A stretch of DNA of 64,000 bases from Eutreptiella sp. 'Long Island Sound 2002' (taxonomy: Eukaryota > Protista > Euglenida). Positions 1-12,689 of this stretch are shown here, one piece after another (positions within the stretch are counted from its first letter, which is position 1; each line of letters starts with the position of its first letter). A program made the translations under genes and the position numbers. Location: positions 146,072,001-146,136,000 of the forward strand of contig OZ038378.1 in assembly GCA_964036045.1 (NCBI GenBank), in the 5' to 3' direction. The notes below the pieces were generated by a model. It worked only from the letters and a program-made list of their open reading frames with translations. It had not been told where the DNA came from and did no database searches.

Positions 1-840
1 ACATCGGACCTTAGAACGTTTGATTGCCTGTAGTATTTGCCCCCAGTGCACCACAAGTGGGTCGCTCTTTGGTTGGTGCTACTGTGCACTGGGCATAATA
101 ACGTGCCCATGTCCACAAATGGCAACCTGAAAATTGCTACTGGCATTTTTTTTCGTTGCAGTTCTCGACGTTTGCGGCCTTTCCCAAGTGCCATCGATAT
201 TCCTTTCATTCTCTACACACAGCAACATACAACAGCAAGCACAACAAAAAGCGCAACAGCAACGTTTGAAAGAATGATTGTTGAAACTCATGGCCCTAAG
301 CCTGCTTCAAAAAGTCTCAGCGTTTATCTCCTTCATGTGGCAGTGGATAAAGCTGACGAAAGTGATGGTGTAGTATATAATGCTTAAAACTGTTGGCCCC
401 AGGCCTGCTTGAAAAGAGTTAAGCATTCTCTAGTAACACACAAAGAATCACATGGAACTGAAATTGCCTGAGACCGGACCCGCAAAGGCAACATACTTCC
501 CCACCTTGCCTAAGGGTGGGCAGGGCGCATTGGGCAACTTACACACAACTCATACCACATTGACGTTCTCTAGACGCGAAGCAAGAACGGGGCAAGAGGC
601 AACAGAATCAGCGAAAAACACAAAGCCCCACATGGTCCTACGCGTCACGCCACATGTACACCTCAAATATTACCCCCGCACCAACACGCAAATGTTGCGT
701 GCCCATCACATGCCACTGTAGACTAAAGAAACCATGCAAAAAAAGGCAATATGTGTGCGATTTGGTGAAAAATGCTCGAGGGGGGGGGGGGGGGGGGGGC
801 ATGATTCTTCTTTCGACCGGAGGGATCCATTCGCCAAGGG

Positions 841-1412
841 GCCCAAGTTTCTTCTTTCGAAGGGGGGGGGTCCATTGGCACAGGGGGTCCATTGACACGG
901 GTGGGGGTGTGTATCTGAGTTGGACATGCCATCCCCTGTCTGGTCATGTTGTGCAATGCCATGGCACAATCATGTGAAGCGCCGTACCACCATGCCACAG
1001 TGCTATGACATGACATATGATAACGTTAAACCACATGACATGACATAGCAAGAGATGACAGGACACAATACGACATGACATGACACGATATGACACGACA
1101 CGGAAGCCCATTACTCCAATGCCCCTTCGGTGGGCGTCCCTGCCCCCCCCCCCCCCCGCCCCGACCCTCGCCGTGAAGTTGAGCTCTACTGGTGTGAAAA
1201 AGTGCAAAAAGTTGTAAACATGAGCTCTATAGCCATCACTAAGATGCAAGAGGTACAAATGTTATGTCTAGACCACTTTTAAAGCGATGGCACAAGCTAG
1301 AAAGTGCTTACACAAAGAGTTCTTCTAGATTTTCAAAGAGAATTTGAGTCAATGGACCCCCCGCGCCCATGCCAATGGACCCCCTCTCTCGAAAGAAGAA
1401 ACATGGCCTGGG
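841..1412. repeat. Imperfect inverted-repeat pair (~55-65 bp arms) enclosing a pentamer microsatellite; MITE-like
   Basis: 841-896 (...tttcttctttcgaagggggggggtccattggcacagggggtccattgac) is the approximate reverse complement of 1348-1412 (gtcaatggaccc...gccaatggaccccctctctcgaaagaagaaac). Confidence 0.6.
990..1101 (+). repeat. Degenerate (ACATG/ACACG)n microsatellite
   Basis: Runs such as atgacatgacatatga, acatgacatgacatag and acatgacatgacacgatatgacacgacacgg. Confidence 0.8.
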
Positions 1413-1769
1413 CCATTGACACGGGCGGGGGGGGGGGGGGGGGGGGCACTCCACCGGTTCTAGCTCCCAAGTGCAGGGTCATTGCCCTGCACAGAAGTTC
1501 TTTCCACGGAAATCACGACCCTGCTTGGAGCTGGCCTTGGAGCGGGCGCACTCAGCGCAGCGCGCGTGTAACTAGTGCAACTAGCGTGCAACTAGTTGGG
1601 TTTCTTGCCGTACTAGAGACCCATACTTTGGAATACCAGGGGCATCATTAGTTGTCAAAGGTACCGGGGTACTAGGGAGTCGATGGGTGCCGAGGGCTCC
1701 CAATTGTCCACAAGCACCAAAACTATTACCCTCAGCGCTTGAGTTGAGGTGATGGACACACAATGAAGG

Positions 1770-4030
1770 AGGGGGGTGGGGGTTGCCATTTTAGAGAGGA
1801 AGGCCTACAGGGGTTTACGGACTGCCCGCTGGAAGAGAGGGGAGGGTTGCCCGCATATGGACCTCCGTTCTCGACCGTGGGTGGAAAGAGGGCTCCTCCC
1901 CCGCACGCCGCCCTCGCCAAGGCCAGAGCCTCTTTGGGGGGCGTGTTTATGAAACTTCCGTGCCCGCGCGGGCATGCTGCTCTACCGGGCGAGCCAAGCG
2001 CCATCACTTGCTGTTTCTTCCAAGGGGGGGGGGTGTGTCCGTGCGGCGCTTCAGTCCTCTCCCCCCACTGTTAGGGGCTTGGGGGGGGGGGGCAGCTGGT
2101 GGCGTGCAGGCATGCCCCTGGAGGAGCCCTGTTCCATGGGCCTCTTGGGTGTCGGCGTACCTCCCGCCCTGGGGTATGTTGGCTGGCCGGTCGTGCACGC
2201 AGTCGTGTGTGCTTAGGTGTGTGTGGGCCGGGAGCACAGACCCCCTTCGGGTGTCCACAGTGTCCCGTGTCCCCTGTCACAGCAGTGTCGCACCCGCCGG
2301 TGTGTCAAGGCGCAATTCGGACATGGGGGGTTGCCGTGACGCTCACAGACCCAAGATTTTGCCAGGCGCCCCCTTATTTCCTTCCTCCGTGCCCTGCCCC
2401 AAGCCATTTGCGGTGTGAAGAGAGGGGCCGCTTGTCGCCCATGCTCCACGTCTCCCACATCTCTGTCCGACGCCGCATCCCCCCCCCCGCCCCAGCCATG
2501 GTGTGTCCGCCCTTTCTCTAGCTTAGCATAGAAATCCATATCGTAGTGTCGCGCCAAGCTCTTAGCGGCTCCCTTTGCAGGGCGGCGCTTCTCCTGGGAG
2601 TCGCCCCGCCTTGCGGGCGGGCCCCCCCGCTGGTTTCTTGTTCTTGCCCCACAATTTGGCGTTGTGCTTGGCTGTGCACGCTTTCTCTTTCGGTGCCTAT
2701 CTGCCCTCCCCATGCGTCCGCGGTCATTCGAGGTGGCACCATATTGCAAGCGGGTGGGTGAAAAGGGGGCGGCCTTCGAGCCCCATGACGGTGCCCACCC
2801 ACATGGAGGTCAGGGAGCGGCAGTGATGCGTCATCTTGGCGGGGAAGATCGATTCTTGCTCTGTGGCCGTGCCCAAGGGTGGCTATCAGCTGCAACACGC
2901 TGCCCTTTTCTTGAAGAGACATGTCACCACCGATGAAGTTGGACTGCGGGGGCGGCGGTAACGACCGCCCTACATATGCCCCGAAGTCTAAGGCCAGCTC
3001 CATGAAAGATACTTGCCAATGCGCTTGTGGGAGGCGTTCGTGACTTGGGGGTAGCTTCAAAAGTTTGGAGTGCTAGTGTAGCACCATGGGTAGTAGGTCA
3101 GGCCCCCATTTCCATTCCCTTGGCATCTGTCGAAAGATTTGGGCGTCTGTGGGTGCTTCGCGCAGTTGTGGCCGCTGGAGCTGGTACTAGGGGTAGGTGT
3201 CCCGCTGGCCATTACTCGTCTAGATGGGGAAAAGCAGTACATATTCATCGTACATCACCTCTGTGGCCCCCAAAACTGTCAAAAACATGCCGTGCAGGCA
3301 TTGCATGAGGAACTCCCAGGGGTGTTTGTCCCCTGCGGCCCATTTGCGCCCTGCTTGTTATACTTGGTGCAGCTCCTGTCTTGTGGGCTCTAGCTCCTCT
3401 TTGAGCTCTTGACGGCGCTTGTGGCAGCGGTTGTCCTGGTCCATGCTACTAGTTTTCACCACGCTTTCCCGGACAATGCCGCACACGCGCAATCATGGCG
3501 GCCAGTCCCTCAAGGACCAAGCCGCAGGCCTTTGGCCGGTAGCATGACGTCTGTGATGAAGGGTTCCCATGCTGCCGCCTAGACCTCCCACCACCAGAGT
3601 AGGTGCTCCTCGTCCTCGGGTGCTCCCGAGGCACAGTAAGGGCATGTGCCCGTCGGACGTAAGCCCCGCATATGCACGCAGCTATGGCCGCTCGTCCATC
3701 AAAGCCCAGTGGGAGCGACCTCGGCTTCATGAGCGCTTTTTGTGCCTCCATGACACACTTCTCCCGGGCCCTTTTATTGGTTGCATCCCCAACTGCTTGA
3801 TCTCGTGTTGCTGCGGCAAAGTCCCACTATTGAGCTTCACTTTCGGGCCGTCCAGGGTTCCTTTGGCCCTATGCTGCACTTAGAAGGCCGGGTATTTGCC
3901 TACATTGATCTCTTGTCCCGGCAGCCTTGTCCACGCGCCCGTTGCTTGGAGCATCAACGTTAGCGTCAAGGTGCAGAGCGCTAGCATGTACGTATCATCG
4001 GCGTATCCTTCCGCCGATATCTCCACCGTG
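1770..4030 (-). mobile_element. 5'-truncated, decayed non-LTR (LINE) retrotransposon: RT C-terminal half plus 3' region
   Basis: Minus strand reads EGYADDTYML (YADD at 3994-4005), then MLQATGAWTRLPGQEINVGK (post-YADD IN.K motif), EIKQLG (YLG-like), SLPLGFDGRAAIAA and VSFMELALDF (2518-3060). Broken by stops and frameshifts; no QG motif upstream, so 5' truncated. Confidence 0.75.
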
Positions 4031-4715
4031 GTGCCTAGCGCCATCTCCTTTGTCAGTTCCTGGTCCTCATTGCTGTGTGCACCACTGCTCTCTGCTAAGT
4101 TGAAGCTAAACAGAGTCATGGCCACCCCAGGTCGCTTTGCAGGTATACTCAAGGTAGGAATACCACCGAAAACACCGATACCACCGAGAGAGACTGTGGG
4201 TGGAATGTGTGCCGCACCCAATCCATAGCAGTCTTACCGCCGCGCGGCAGCACGCCAAACGCATCGTCCTCTGAGCTGCCCAGGACAATGACGTAATACC
4301 CAATCATGGACGACGCGGCACCATCACCGAAAGCTCCAACAAATGGCCAACAGTCCCCATCCTCCTGCCTCGGTGAGCCGAACACCGAGGGGGAAACGGA
4401 GTACGGCAGCATGAGCCCATCATCCTCCTGCATAAACTTGAACGCCGGTTGGACGGACAAGGATGATCTTGGTGTTGGTGTTACGGCGTTGGGGTCGCCC
4501 TCAAACACCACAGACACCACTGACACCACAACAAGAAAACGGATATCAGGCGTCCACTGCAGGGAATCCATGCCTATGACCCAACTGATTTTGGCAACAG
4601 CTGCACGTGGTGCGACATGCAAAAAGTATCTGATTTTGCTAGGAACCAATTGCGGTGCGATCGGCTTGGTTTCCAATGTGGGAAAATGCGGATTTGAATT
4701 GATGGGTCCTCTTAG

Positions 4716-4801
4716 GGTACCAGCCTGAAATGGCCAAAACGACGGAAAAAAATGAAAATGTTGGGCGCCCGAGAATGGCCACAAACTTCGGGGCTGCCTG
4801 C
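4716..4801. repeat. ~85-bp foldback insertion of the tttcggccgttttggcc/ggctgcattttt family
   Basis: cagcctgaa (from 4721) pairs with ttcggggctg (ending 4796); the interior is one or two units of the family seen at 5011-5829. Confidence 0.55.
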
Positions 4802-5007
4802 AAAGGGGACCCTCCCGCAAAGCGCGCAGATCGGTGAGATCGCACTCGGGGGTGGCCGACACGACGCCGTCTCAGAGGGCTTCGGCAAACGGCAAACAGC
4901 CCTCCCGTGAAGTGCACCAGTGTCCTCAACAACCAACAATCAGCGGTGATTGCCATGCTCCACGTCTGTGTGCTGCGCACAGTTGAGGCAGATGAGGTGA
5001 AGATGGG

Positions 5008-5830
5008 TGTAGTCAGCTGCCCAAAAGAGTCGAAAACGGGAGAAAACAATGAAAACACAGCTGCCCCAAAATGGCCAAAGGAGCACAAAAAAAAAAGAAG
5101 AAGAAGCCGCGCAAAAGAGCCGAAGCGACCAAAGAGAAGAAACAAGGAGGCCTCCCGAAAATGGCCAAAACGGCCGAGGATGATGACCCTGAGCGTCAGG
5201 AAGTGTAAAAAAAAAAACGGCCGAGGATGATAAGACCCCAGCTGCCAAAAAGAAGGCCCGAAATGGCCACTAAGAATAAAAGAGCAGCCTCGTGAAAATG
5301 ACAATGACAACCGAAAAGAATGGAAACGCCACAGCCTGAAACTGGCCACAAAGGCAGACAATAATGAAAATGCAGCCACCCTATTATTTTCGGCTTTTTT
5401 GGCCATTTTCGGACGACCAACATTTTTATTGTTTTTCGGCCATTTTGGCAATTTCAGGCTGCTGCATTCATAGTATTTCAGGCCGTTTTGGCCGTTTTTG
5501 GACGGCTTCACTGCTATTATTTTCGGCTTTTTGGGCCATATTCGCGCGACTACCTTTTCATTTTCTTGCGCCGTTTTTTCCCCCGCCATTTGCGGGCCAC
5601 TGCTTTTTTTAAATCTTTTGGCCGTGTGGGCCATTTACTGGCAGTTGTATTTTTATCCTTTTCAGCCCTTTTGGTCAGTTTTGGGCGGCTGCATTTTTAT
5701 TACTTTCGGGCGTTTCTGCCATTTGCGGGACACTACATTTTTACTATTTTCCGCCGCTTTTTCTGTTTTCGGGCAGCTGCATTTTTATCTTTTTCGGCCG
5801 TCTTTGGCCATTGTCTGGCGGCTGGCTGCA
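5008..5830. repeat. Head-to-head foldback array of a ~40-45 bp degenerate AT-rich unit
   Basis: 5020-5350 carries units as aaaatggcc..aaaa..gcagcc; 5370-5830 carries the reverse orientation (tttcggccgttttggcc..ggcggctgcattttt). Termini 5008-5021 and 5817-5830 form a 14-bp stem with three G-U pairs. Confidence 0.75.
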
Positions 5831-6879
5831 TTTTTGCCCCTGGGCCGCAAGGCCCGCCGTTCGCTGTCCGGCCGCGGGGGAGGGGCCTCCGCGGCCGCCT
5901 GCGACGCTCAGCTGTAAAGCTGACCCCGGTGATTATGTTTACGGAGTAGCGCTCTCTCACTGTTGGCAACGGATGAAGTTCCGGGCGAACCGAAGGTATA
6001 TTTGTGGATGGCAGGTCGGGCCCTAAGTGGTTATATAGGGGACTTTTTTTTTACTGGCCAGAATCCGGATTTCTGGTCAAAAATAGGCGCGCACGCGTGA
6101 CCAGTGGCTGTCGCCGACATTTGTCCTGTTCAACTCAGCACCTAGCTAGAGTTGACGAAAATTCGATTTAAGACCATGAATGTGAAGGGTTTTAAAGCCC
6201 GGATAGTGCTGTGAAATCGGATTTTCGCAAAATTGCACGAATCACTGTTTCGGAACACCGATCGGCGATTTGCGCCAGCAGCGTGTTCGACGCCGAGGTT
6301 TTGACTGAATATTCGTGTTCAGCGTCAAAAACTACCCAGATTTAGCTTTCGGTTTATCAAAATTCGAGCCGGTAGGCCGAAGGTATGATTTTTTCAAGTT
6401 TTTATATAGTAGGCTCAGTTTGGCCATTTTGGCCTGTTTCGTAGGCCTATTGTAGCGAAACCACGAGGGTCTAGCAACGACCCAAGTGACAATCCAAGTT
6501 CATTTGCACGCAAATGATGTGAAAATCCCCAACGTTGACCACTCCAGCCTCCTCTTGATGCCTAGAAAGAGGGTACAAACGGTACAAAAAAAAGTACTTA
6601 GAGAAGGTTGCTTTTTCCATTGTACAGCCTTGTCAAAGCGCTATATCCCGGCCTAGGGATTGAACCTTTGTGCAAACTAGTCCCGTATGGGTCCAATGGA
6701 ACGGGTATAAGCAATGTTACGTCCCTATGGCCTCTATAGAGAGCACATGGGGGCGAAAACTCAAAGATACGTGCTTTTTAAGCTGTGTTTTTGGGTGCTG
6801 TCACAACACCAGCCTGCCAAAATCATGCGTCTCCCCCCCGGTGTTCCGGTTGCATGCCCGTGCTTCCTTGGGACTTCAA

Positions 6880-7640
6880 CCAAGCATATTTGAGTAGTTT
6901 GGACCTAGAGGGAGGGGAATGGCCACTAGTTTGCCTGGTGTACCCCCAAAGACCGCTAGATATGGGAGCCGGGGGTTTGGCATTTTGGTCAAAAATGGAC
7001 GTTTTCGGTTTGTGGGTCCATTTGTCGGAGGTCGTTCTCCGACATACCGTGGAGTTAGAACAAAGTGTTGGGCTCGTTTGAAAGCCGAGAACATGTCCCA
7101 AAAGGATAATAGGACCCGCCACAGGCGGTCTCACACGCATTTCTCGCAAAAATTGCATCTTTGGTGGTCATTTTTGACAAAAATCAGTTGTATCTTGTGC
7201 GTACCCTGCCACGGCAAAATGTGTACCTGTCGGCACGTAGTCAAGTAGGAAGCACATATGTTACCAAGCCCTCAACCAAGCATAATGGAGTTATTTGGAT
7301 CTAGAAGGATGCAAAAGGTCAATTGTTTGCCCATTGAAGCCCCGTTGGCCCGGATTTATAAGCGTTGGGGGTTTTGCATTTTTGTCAAAAGTAGCAACTT
7401 ACAGTTTATGCTTCCATTTGTCGGACTTCGTTCTCGAACATATTCTTGAGTTGGAACGAACCGTTTGGTTCGTTTCAAAGGTGAAGACATATCGTAATAG
7501 AATTCGAGGAATGATCATAGTCTAGCTTGTTAGCATTTTCCGCAACAATCAGGTTTTTAGTCATCATTTTCGGTCAAAATCAGCGCAATGAAATGTGTAC
7601 TTGTTGGTACGTACCAAAATTTCTGATACTTTCGGCTTTC
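6880..7640 (+). repeat. Degenerate tandem duplication, period ~400 bp
   Basis: ccatttgtcgga..cgttctc.gacata..gagtt.gaac.aa..gtt.gg.tcgttt.aaag occurs at ~7018-7085 and ~7414-7480, each preceded by gggggttt.gcatttt.gtcaaaa. Confidence 0.65.
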
Positions 7641-8214
7641 TAGGCTTGGGAAGGAGGAGCATAGCGAGTCCTTCCCAAGCCTAGTCACAAAGCTAATGCC
7701 ATGGATTCTTTCTTTTTTTTTTTTTAAATGTCCTTGTAACTGCATTGCATACCAATTTTGCAAATGGGTAAATTTTTGCTGCAATGTATATTATGCTTAG
7801 GTTGTATTGTTCTCATGATGGATCGCAGAAACAAAGGAACTATTGTTTTGGGCGCGTGTAGTAGCATGTGGTGATGATAGTTGATCTTTTTTTATTTTCG
7901 TCATTTTCTTTTTCGGCTGAATAATATAATGTGTACCAAAATCAGTGTACGGACCAAAAGTGTGATGTAACACAATCTGTATCACAATGAACAAGAGCTA
8001 TGAAGTATGCATTCTTTGATCTATTTTGATTATTATTTTGACTAAAGAAATGAGCCATAATGCAATTCAACTGTATCCATGCCCCTCCTATTAGAAACAC
8101 ACACAAAAAAACCCTGGTATGTGACATGGGCGTGTGACACGGAAGTGACTAACACTAACTACCACTATCCCGCCGGGTCTTGTCGCGGGTGGGCGGGCCG
8201 GGCTTCCCATCAGC

Positions 8215-8660
8215 GCTTGTTATTATTCTCGGCCGTATTTGCCACTTGCGGGCGGCCACAGTTTTATTATTTTCCGCCGTTATTGCCCTTTCTGGGTGGC
8301 TGCAGTTTTATCCTTTTCGGCCGTTTTTGCCATTTGCCAGCCGCTGCATTTTTATGTTTTTCGGCCTTCTTTTCCATTTTCACGAAGGCCCAGTTTTATT
8401 TTTTGGGCCGTTTTGTCCGTTTTTGGGCAGTTGCATTTTTAGTATCTTCGGCCTTTTTGCTGTTTCCGGGCGGCTGCATTTTTGTTATTTTCAGCCATGT
8501 TGGGTATTTTAATTCAGGTGCATTTTCATTATGTTCGGCGGTTTAGGCCATTTTCAGGCGGCCTGAATTTCCCCCTTTTCAGGTGGCTGCATGTTTGCGT
8601 TTCTTCGTCTCCCTTGGCCATTCACGGGCGGCTGCAGTTTAATTATTTCCCCAGAGATGT
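8215..8660 (+). repeat. Third array of the ggcggctgcattttt/tttcggccg family (single orientation)
   Basis: About ten degenerate units matching the 5370-5830 array. Confidence 0.75.
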
Positions 8661-10010
8661 GCCGGTTACCCCAGTCCTCACCCATTTCTCCCCATTTCCC
8701 CCCTGTTCCGTCATTGTCCCCATGAACCTCTGCCCAGGAGCGCAGCGCCCTGCTACTGCCCAGGAGCACGGCACTGAGCTGCTCCCGTGAGGACACTGCC
8801 CTTCTGCTGCCCCACGCCACAGCACCCGGCTGCTGCTGCAGAGCAGAGCACCCGGATGCTGCCCTGTGACATAGTGTCTTGCTGCTGTATGTGCCATGCC
8901 ATGGTGGGCCCGTGTTGGCCCTGACAGGAATACCTCAGGCTGCACTGCCACACAACTGGGGGACTATTTCCCAAGGGATGCCTTTGCACGCAGTCCTCAC
9001 ACGGTGCAAAGTTTTCTGACAGCCATACTTGCAGGCTTTTTCGAATGGAGCACGAAACTCCTGTGCAACTGGAGGTTTCAAGGGCCCCACATGTGCCAGC
9101 GGTCCAGTGTAGCATATGAGTCAGATGCGCGCTTGACAAGAACTGTCTTGATTACTGAGCTTAGCACAAGCCTGAGTCAGCCCCCCCCCCCCCCAGGCCC
9201 AAAAAGAAAATGCCAATAGTGTGGGAAGGGGCAGCCAATATTGAAGGCAAACTGGAAGGCAAGGATTGGGAGGGAGGGCACCAACTGGGAGGCAGAGGAC
9301 ATGGCTAGGGGGATCTGGGTGCAGAGCTATGTCAAGTGATGAGGGGGGACACAGTGGGGGGAAGGGGGAGAGGTTAGTGGGTGGATCAAGGGTGAAGATA
9401 AGTGGACAGAGGAGATGACAGCAGAGTCAGTCCCTGGGTGTGCCGGTGGAATGGAGAAGAAAGGGGAGCAGGAGAGGAAAAGAGAAGTGGTTGGGATGTA
9501 TGTCAGGGGGTTCGCAGCACGGAAGCTTGCAACAGTAGATGACAAAGGTGATGGATGGGTGGGACATGTGGGCACACTGTGGGTGGAAGCAGATCCCACC
9601 AAGCCACCCCCTACCTGGCATCATCCTTGCTCAGTCACCCAAACCCTCCACCTTTGTTCCTTTCACTAGTCCCTCCCTCATGCGCTTCCTCTTCTTCTGG
9701 CTGCTGTGCCCCCCTAACAACAACAGCAACAAAGAACAACAATGTAGCACTGGACAGCTCTGAGCCTTGACTCCGAGAGGTTATCTCGAGTACCGTGAAG
9801 TGAGCAGGCTACGCCAGCTCATCTTGGTCTGAACCCCCCCCCAAAAAAAAACAGCAATGAAGAACAACAGCACCCCTTACCCTTTGCATGTGCATCATCG
9901 AATTTAGTAGTGCGGTTGCACTGCATTTCCGACACCTTGGAATGCAGCGGCAAGCATCTCCGTTTCTCGTGCAGACATTGGTCCCATCAGAAGGCTGCCG
10001 TCCTCAGCCA

Positions 10011-10964
10011 ATGGACGCAGCCTGGCGCCGCGACCTCGCGGCCGTGCTGCACCCAGCCACCCTCGCGCACCTCGAGGCGGAGTTGGCCGAGGAAGCGGCT
10101 GCCGAGGCCGAAGATGCGCCGCCATTCGTGCTCTTTGGCGAGGAGGCCGGCGAGAGTGACGGCGATGGCGTGACGGCGGTGTCCGCAGCACTGGCCCAGG
10201 AGCCAGGGCTGGGGCTTTGCGTCGAGGATGTGCCGCTCCCCTTTCGGTCGAAGTTGTGGTTCAAGGTCCTGCGGCCCGGGGGGAAGGCGGTCCCGGTGGT
10301 AGAGGGCAAATCTCAGAGGGGTCACGGCGACGTGATCTGGGCGGCGGCCGAGTATAGTGCCGAGGCATTGGTGGATGGGGCCATCGCTGGACTTGTCGGC
10401 CCCCTGCCCGGCCGCCGCGTTCTCGAGGTCGGGGCCGGCGTGGGACTGCCCTCCTGCGCGGCGCTGCGGTGCGGCGCCGATGTCGTTGCCTCTGATCTGC
10501 CGGACCTCTGGCGCCTCTTGGCCTTGGCGTCGTCGCTGGCCCTCAACCAGAAGGTCGGGGGCGCGGATCACGGCCCGAAAGGCAGGGCCCAGGTCGTGGG
10601 GCACGCGTGGGGCGAGAGCTGCGACGCGCTCTGCGCGGAGGGCCGCTTCGACCTGGTCATCTGCTGCGATTGCCTCTACATCCCGTCGCTCCATCGACCG
10701 CTCGTCCAGACGTTGGCCGGTTGTCTTGCCGAGGCCGGCGTCGCGTTCGTCTGCTTCTCGCTGCACGGCAATGCCCCCGATGAGGAGGTCCTCGGCTTCT
10801 TCGATGCGGCCCGGGAGCGCGGCTTCGATGCCGACCTCTTCGGGGAGCGCCAACTGCCGCCCCGCTGTGTCAACGTGGCGCCCAAGCGCAGCTACGTCTA
10901 CGCCTACACCCTTCGTTGGCGTCGAGGTGATGGTGGCGCAGTTGTTGACCCCCCACTTGGTTGA
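10011..10964 (+). CDS. Intronless class I SAM-dependent protein methyltransferase, family 16 (Methyltransf_16; METTL21/Efm7-Nnt1-like)
   Basis: Open GC3-rich frame (9888-10964; ATGs at 9942 and 10011) with GHGDVIWAAA, motif I RVLEVGAGVGLPS, post-I VVASD, VVGHAWG and FDLVICCDCLY, the typical family-16 motif series. Possible splice or trans-splice acceptor tttctcgtgcag ending near 9973. Start codon uncertain. Confidence 0.85.
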   Translation: MDAAWRRDLAAVLHPATLAHLEAELAEEAAAEAEDAPPFVLFGEEAGESDGDGVTAVSAALAQEPGLGLCVEDVPLPFRSKLWFKVLRPGGKAVPVVEGKSQRGHGDVIWAAAEYSAEALVDGAIAGLVGPLPGRRVLEVGAGVGLPSCAALRCGADVVASDLPDLWRLLALASSLALNQKVGGADHGPKGRAQVVGHAWGESCDALCAEGRFDLVICCDCLYIPSLHRPLVQTLAGCLAEAGVAFVCFSLHGNAPDEEVLGFFDAARERGFDADLFGERQLPPRCVNVAPKRSYVYAYTLRWRRGDGGAVVDPPLG

Positions 10965-11276
10965 GCACCTATGGAACCAGCAGGCGCTTGCGCGGTCCGG
11001 CCGCCCTGGTGGCTGCCCGTGATATGATTGGTCCGATTCATCGCACGGATGAGGGTTGCTGTAGCTGATGCGGTAGTGCAACGGTCGTTAAGGTTGTCAT
11101 TGTTGTCGGTCGGCTATTGTTGTTGGTGGTTGTCCGTCTTAGTCGACCCTGTATCACAGACACCGACACCGAGACAGTGTGAGTGGGGATGTTGTGACAG
11201 TATATGCCTACTAGGTTACGAAAGGACGTTTTTTGCAGTCTCTAGCCTTGCCAAGGGCCGGTCAAAACCCGTGGGT

Positions 11277-11590
11277 ACAGCTCAAAAATCGAAGTTTTCG
11301 AAACTTATTTTTTTGACATCATTGCCACTCACAATGACCAACCAAGGTATTTAAAGCATGTTTTACGCCATATTTATGTGTTTTTCACCCCATTTGGGGA
11401 TTGGGTGTGGGGGGGGGGGGGTCACCCAATGGAGTGGTACACAACCTGCTTATGCAGTTTTTCACCCTATACAGCTCTAAAATCGAAGTTTCCGAAACTT
11501 ATTTTTTTTTTGATATTGTGATCACCTAAAATGGCCATCCAAGATATGTAAAGCATGTTTTAGCCCGTATTTATGTAGTTTTTACCGTAT
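11277..11590 (+). repeat. Direct repeat pair (~115 bp)
   Basis: acagctc.aaaatcgaagttt..gaaactt.ttttttt...aagcatgtttta..cc.tatttatgt at 11277-11390 and 11471-11590. Confidence 0.7.
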
Positions 11591-12689
11591 TTTGGGTGTG
11601 TGTTGCTTGGGGTAGATTCTTTGCGAGGTGGACTTGCCGAAGGCAATAGAATTTTTTTTCAAAAATTTGTACACCAGTTGTGTATATTCAAAACGATCAG
11701 CGCGTCATGGGGATCATTTTGAGGGGTATGTAGGTTGGGGTATTCACCCCCCCCCCCCCCCCTGGGGAGCCTGGCGGCTGACCGCCCGACCCGCCGACCC
11801 CCTAGGTTTGGGTCAACCAAGGGCAGGGGGGGGGGTCCACCCCCCCAACCCCCCCTACGACCCCCAAAACGACTGCACACCCCTCGGGGTCACACATTTG
11901 CTGGCGGCAGCGCCCGTGAGGCCCCAGCAGTCAAGAAGAAGAGATTTATGCACTACTTTACGGCGAAGTGGCAGGTCGGACGCCCGTGGCTGGTGTACGC
12001 CAATGGGGTCATGTGGTATGTTGCGTGCCAGGCATGCCCTCAACCGGGCCCGTCAGCTCCGCCATCAGATTTTGTTGTACCACGGCAACTCGGGACTCTA
12101 TGCCGCGGACTTATGGAACACTTGAAAAATATCTCTCCAACCGCTTTGTGTTTGCTTTGCATTCCTGGGAATGGGATTGAGTACGGCCATGCTGATAGAA
12201 ACATGCGGGAATGAACACCAGCTTCCCCCAAAAAAGGCAGCCAACCAATGCCCGACAGAGTCATACTGTGGTCAACAATGTTCCAAACAAAAGAAAAACA
12301 ACTACAACCAGACTTGTGCAAGAATGAACAATGTGCATCAGTGTTCCACAAATAGTCTCTACAGATCCCGAGTGAGATGAGTGCCCATCATTGTTGTCCC
12401 AAAAAGACATCAGTGTCCATCCAAGAACGAACAAGTGTCTAACAGTGATCCGCAAAGCATTTATTCGGAGCCAACAATCCCCCCCCCCCCCCCGAAGGTT
12501 GGAGGCTAGGTCCGGCGGAGCCTCCCGTGGAGGCGATGGGGCCGGCCCTGCCTCCGGGCTTCGGTTCGAGATATGAACCAACGGACAGTTCGAACCCCGG
12601 GGAGGGAAACTGGGAAACGGGAGCGGACGGTTGGGAAAACGGCTATATTGGTGACGGCCAAGCAGCAAACCGGAAGTGCACTGCACACA

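Noticed and set aside
4149-4862. 237-aa minus-strand ORF as a host gene
   Set aside because: Parts look coding, but it contains a repeat insertion, has stops just upstream in frame and shows no recognisable domain; it may be decayed sequence.
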